Source: Patescibacteria group bacterium
GTDB taxonomy: Bacteria; Chloroflexota; Anaerolineae; Promineifilales; Promineifilaceae
NCBI GenBank assembly: GCA_035527655.1
Contig: DATLAB010000014.1
Coordinates: 33,099 to 97,098 of the forward strand
DNA length: 64,000 nucleotides
Direction of reading: 5' to 3'
The notes under the pieces are model-generated. The model ran no database searches and was not told the origin of the DNA. It worked only from the letters and a program-made list of their open reading frames with translations. The position numbers and the translations under genes were made by a program. Each line of letters begins with the position of its first letter. Within the stretch, counting starts at the first letter, position 1. Shown piece by piece: positions 63,261-64,000 of this stretch.

Positions 63261-64000
63261 ATGCAAACTCAGATTCATCCAGAAACAGCAATTGGCGTTG
63301 TTTCGCTAAATGTCAGGGAAATGTCTCAATCTATAAATTTCTATGTAGATGTTCTTGGTTTTCAAATACATAGTCAAAGGGGCAACCAGGCCGCACTTGG
63401 GGCCGGTGAACAAGACCTATTGATTCTTAACGAAGTCACAGATGCTATCCGTTATCCAGGAATGACCGGTCTGTATCATCTGGCGATCTTGGTTCCCTCT
63501 CGTCGGCAACTCGGTTTAAACCTCCGGCAGCTTGCTGAAAGCCGAACGCCAGTACAGGGATTTGCGGACCACTGGGTTAGTGAAGCTATCTATCTATCAG
63601 ATCCCGATGGCAATGGAATCGAGATCTACCGTGACAGGCCACGGGACGAATGGCCACGGATCGACGGTCAACTACAGATGAGCACTGAAACTCTGGATAT
63701 CGCTGGGATCATGGACGAACTTGATCACCAGGAAGTTAGCTGGTCAGGCCTGCCGCCCGCGACGAAAATCGGTCACGTGCATCTTCAGGTGGCCGATATC
63801 GCCGCCGCTGACGCCTTTTATACTGGGGTGCTGGGATTCGATTTAGTCATGCATTATGGCGGAGCTGCCGGATTCGTCTCGGCCGGTGGTTATCATCACC
63901 ATGTAGGTTACAATACCTGGTCCTCTCTCGGCGCGACCCAGGCACCGGCTAATGCTATCGGCTTAGCCTGGTTCTCCATCGAATTACCAGCCCAAACCGC
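63261..64000 (+). CDS. VOC-family (glyoxalase / extradiol dioxygenase-like, two-domain) protein, 3' end outside window
   Basis: I translated it by hand from ATG 63261: MQTQIHPETAIGVVSLNVREMSQSINFYVDVLGFQI...GLYHLAILVP...SEAIYLSDPDGNGIEIY...IGHVHLQVADIAAADAFYTGVLGFDL...GGYHHHVGYN. There is no stop before nt 64000, so it is absent from the ORF track. Confidence 0.8.
   Translation, partial: MQTQIHPETAIGVVSLNVREMSQSINFYVDVLGFQIHSQRGNQAALGAGEQDLLILNEVTDAIRYPGMTGLYHLAILVPSRRQLGLNLRQLAESRTPVQGFADHWVSEAIYLSDPDGNGIEIYRDRPRDEWPRIDGQLQMSTETLDIAGIMDELDHQEVSWSGLPPATKIGHVHLQVADIAAADAFYTGVLGFDLVMHYGGAAGFVSAGGYHHHVGYNTWSSLGATQAPANAIGLAWFSIELPAQT

Overview
64-kb chromosomal window at roughly 50% GC by eye (not computed). 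It is gene-dense with many 4-nt ATGA/GTGA start-stop overlaps. The content points to a Chloroflexota (Anaerolineae-like) genome, because it holds a run of giant polytopic membrane proteins from the rare Chlor_Arch_YYY/DUF2298 and TIGR03663-like families. I found no rRNA, tRNA or CRISPR array. Left to right: (1) nt 1-15.6k, an envelope island of five GT-C-like or DUF2298 membrane proteins (one 1705 aa, one fused to an NHL propeller) with an ECF sigma/anti-sigma pair inside it. (2) 15.7-21.8k, a translationally coupled five-gene operon: a small Zn-ribbon membrane protein, a radical SAM/SPASM enzyme, a radical-SAM-like paralog lacking the CX3CX2C cluster, a membrane protein ending in a (Cys-Ala)n tail, and a SAM methyltransferase. 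A 1421-aa S8 protease follows. (3) 26.7-43k, mostly housekeeping genes (ybaK, WS/DGAT, Ser/Thr kinase-FHA, ltaE, rpsO-pnp, radC, acyP, lepA) plus a decayed lipid-kinase pseudogene. (4) 43.0-48.2k is the most interesting part. A 0.9-kb AT-rich non-coding stretch holds a decayed IS630-like remnant. After it come an unlisted 56-codon ORF with a strong SD and a Trp-containing C-terminus, a polyprenyl-synthase-fold protein that lacks the IPP-binding basic motifs, and a 10-TM GAF-PAS histidine kinase. This matches the logic of the Bacillus ComX/ComQ/ComP prenylated-peptide quorum-sensing system, in a lineage where I am not aware of it being described. (5) 48.2-64k: tlyA, a sugar epimerase/reductase, two membrane-anchored clan GH-A glycosidases, a solute-binding protein, an SPFH-polyQ-HTH fusion, a solitary DUF1156-type Zn-ribbon DNA methyltransferase, a MoxR-DUF58-DUF4129 operon and a truncated VOC-family gene. 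All family assignments come from motif recognition by eye; no database search was run.
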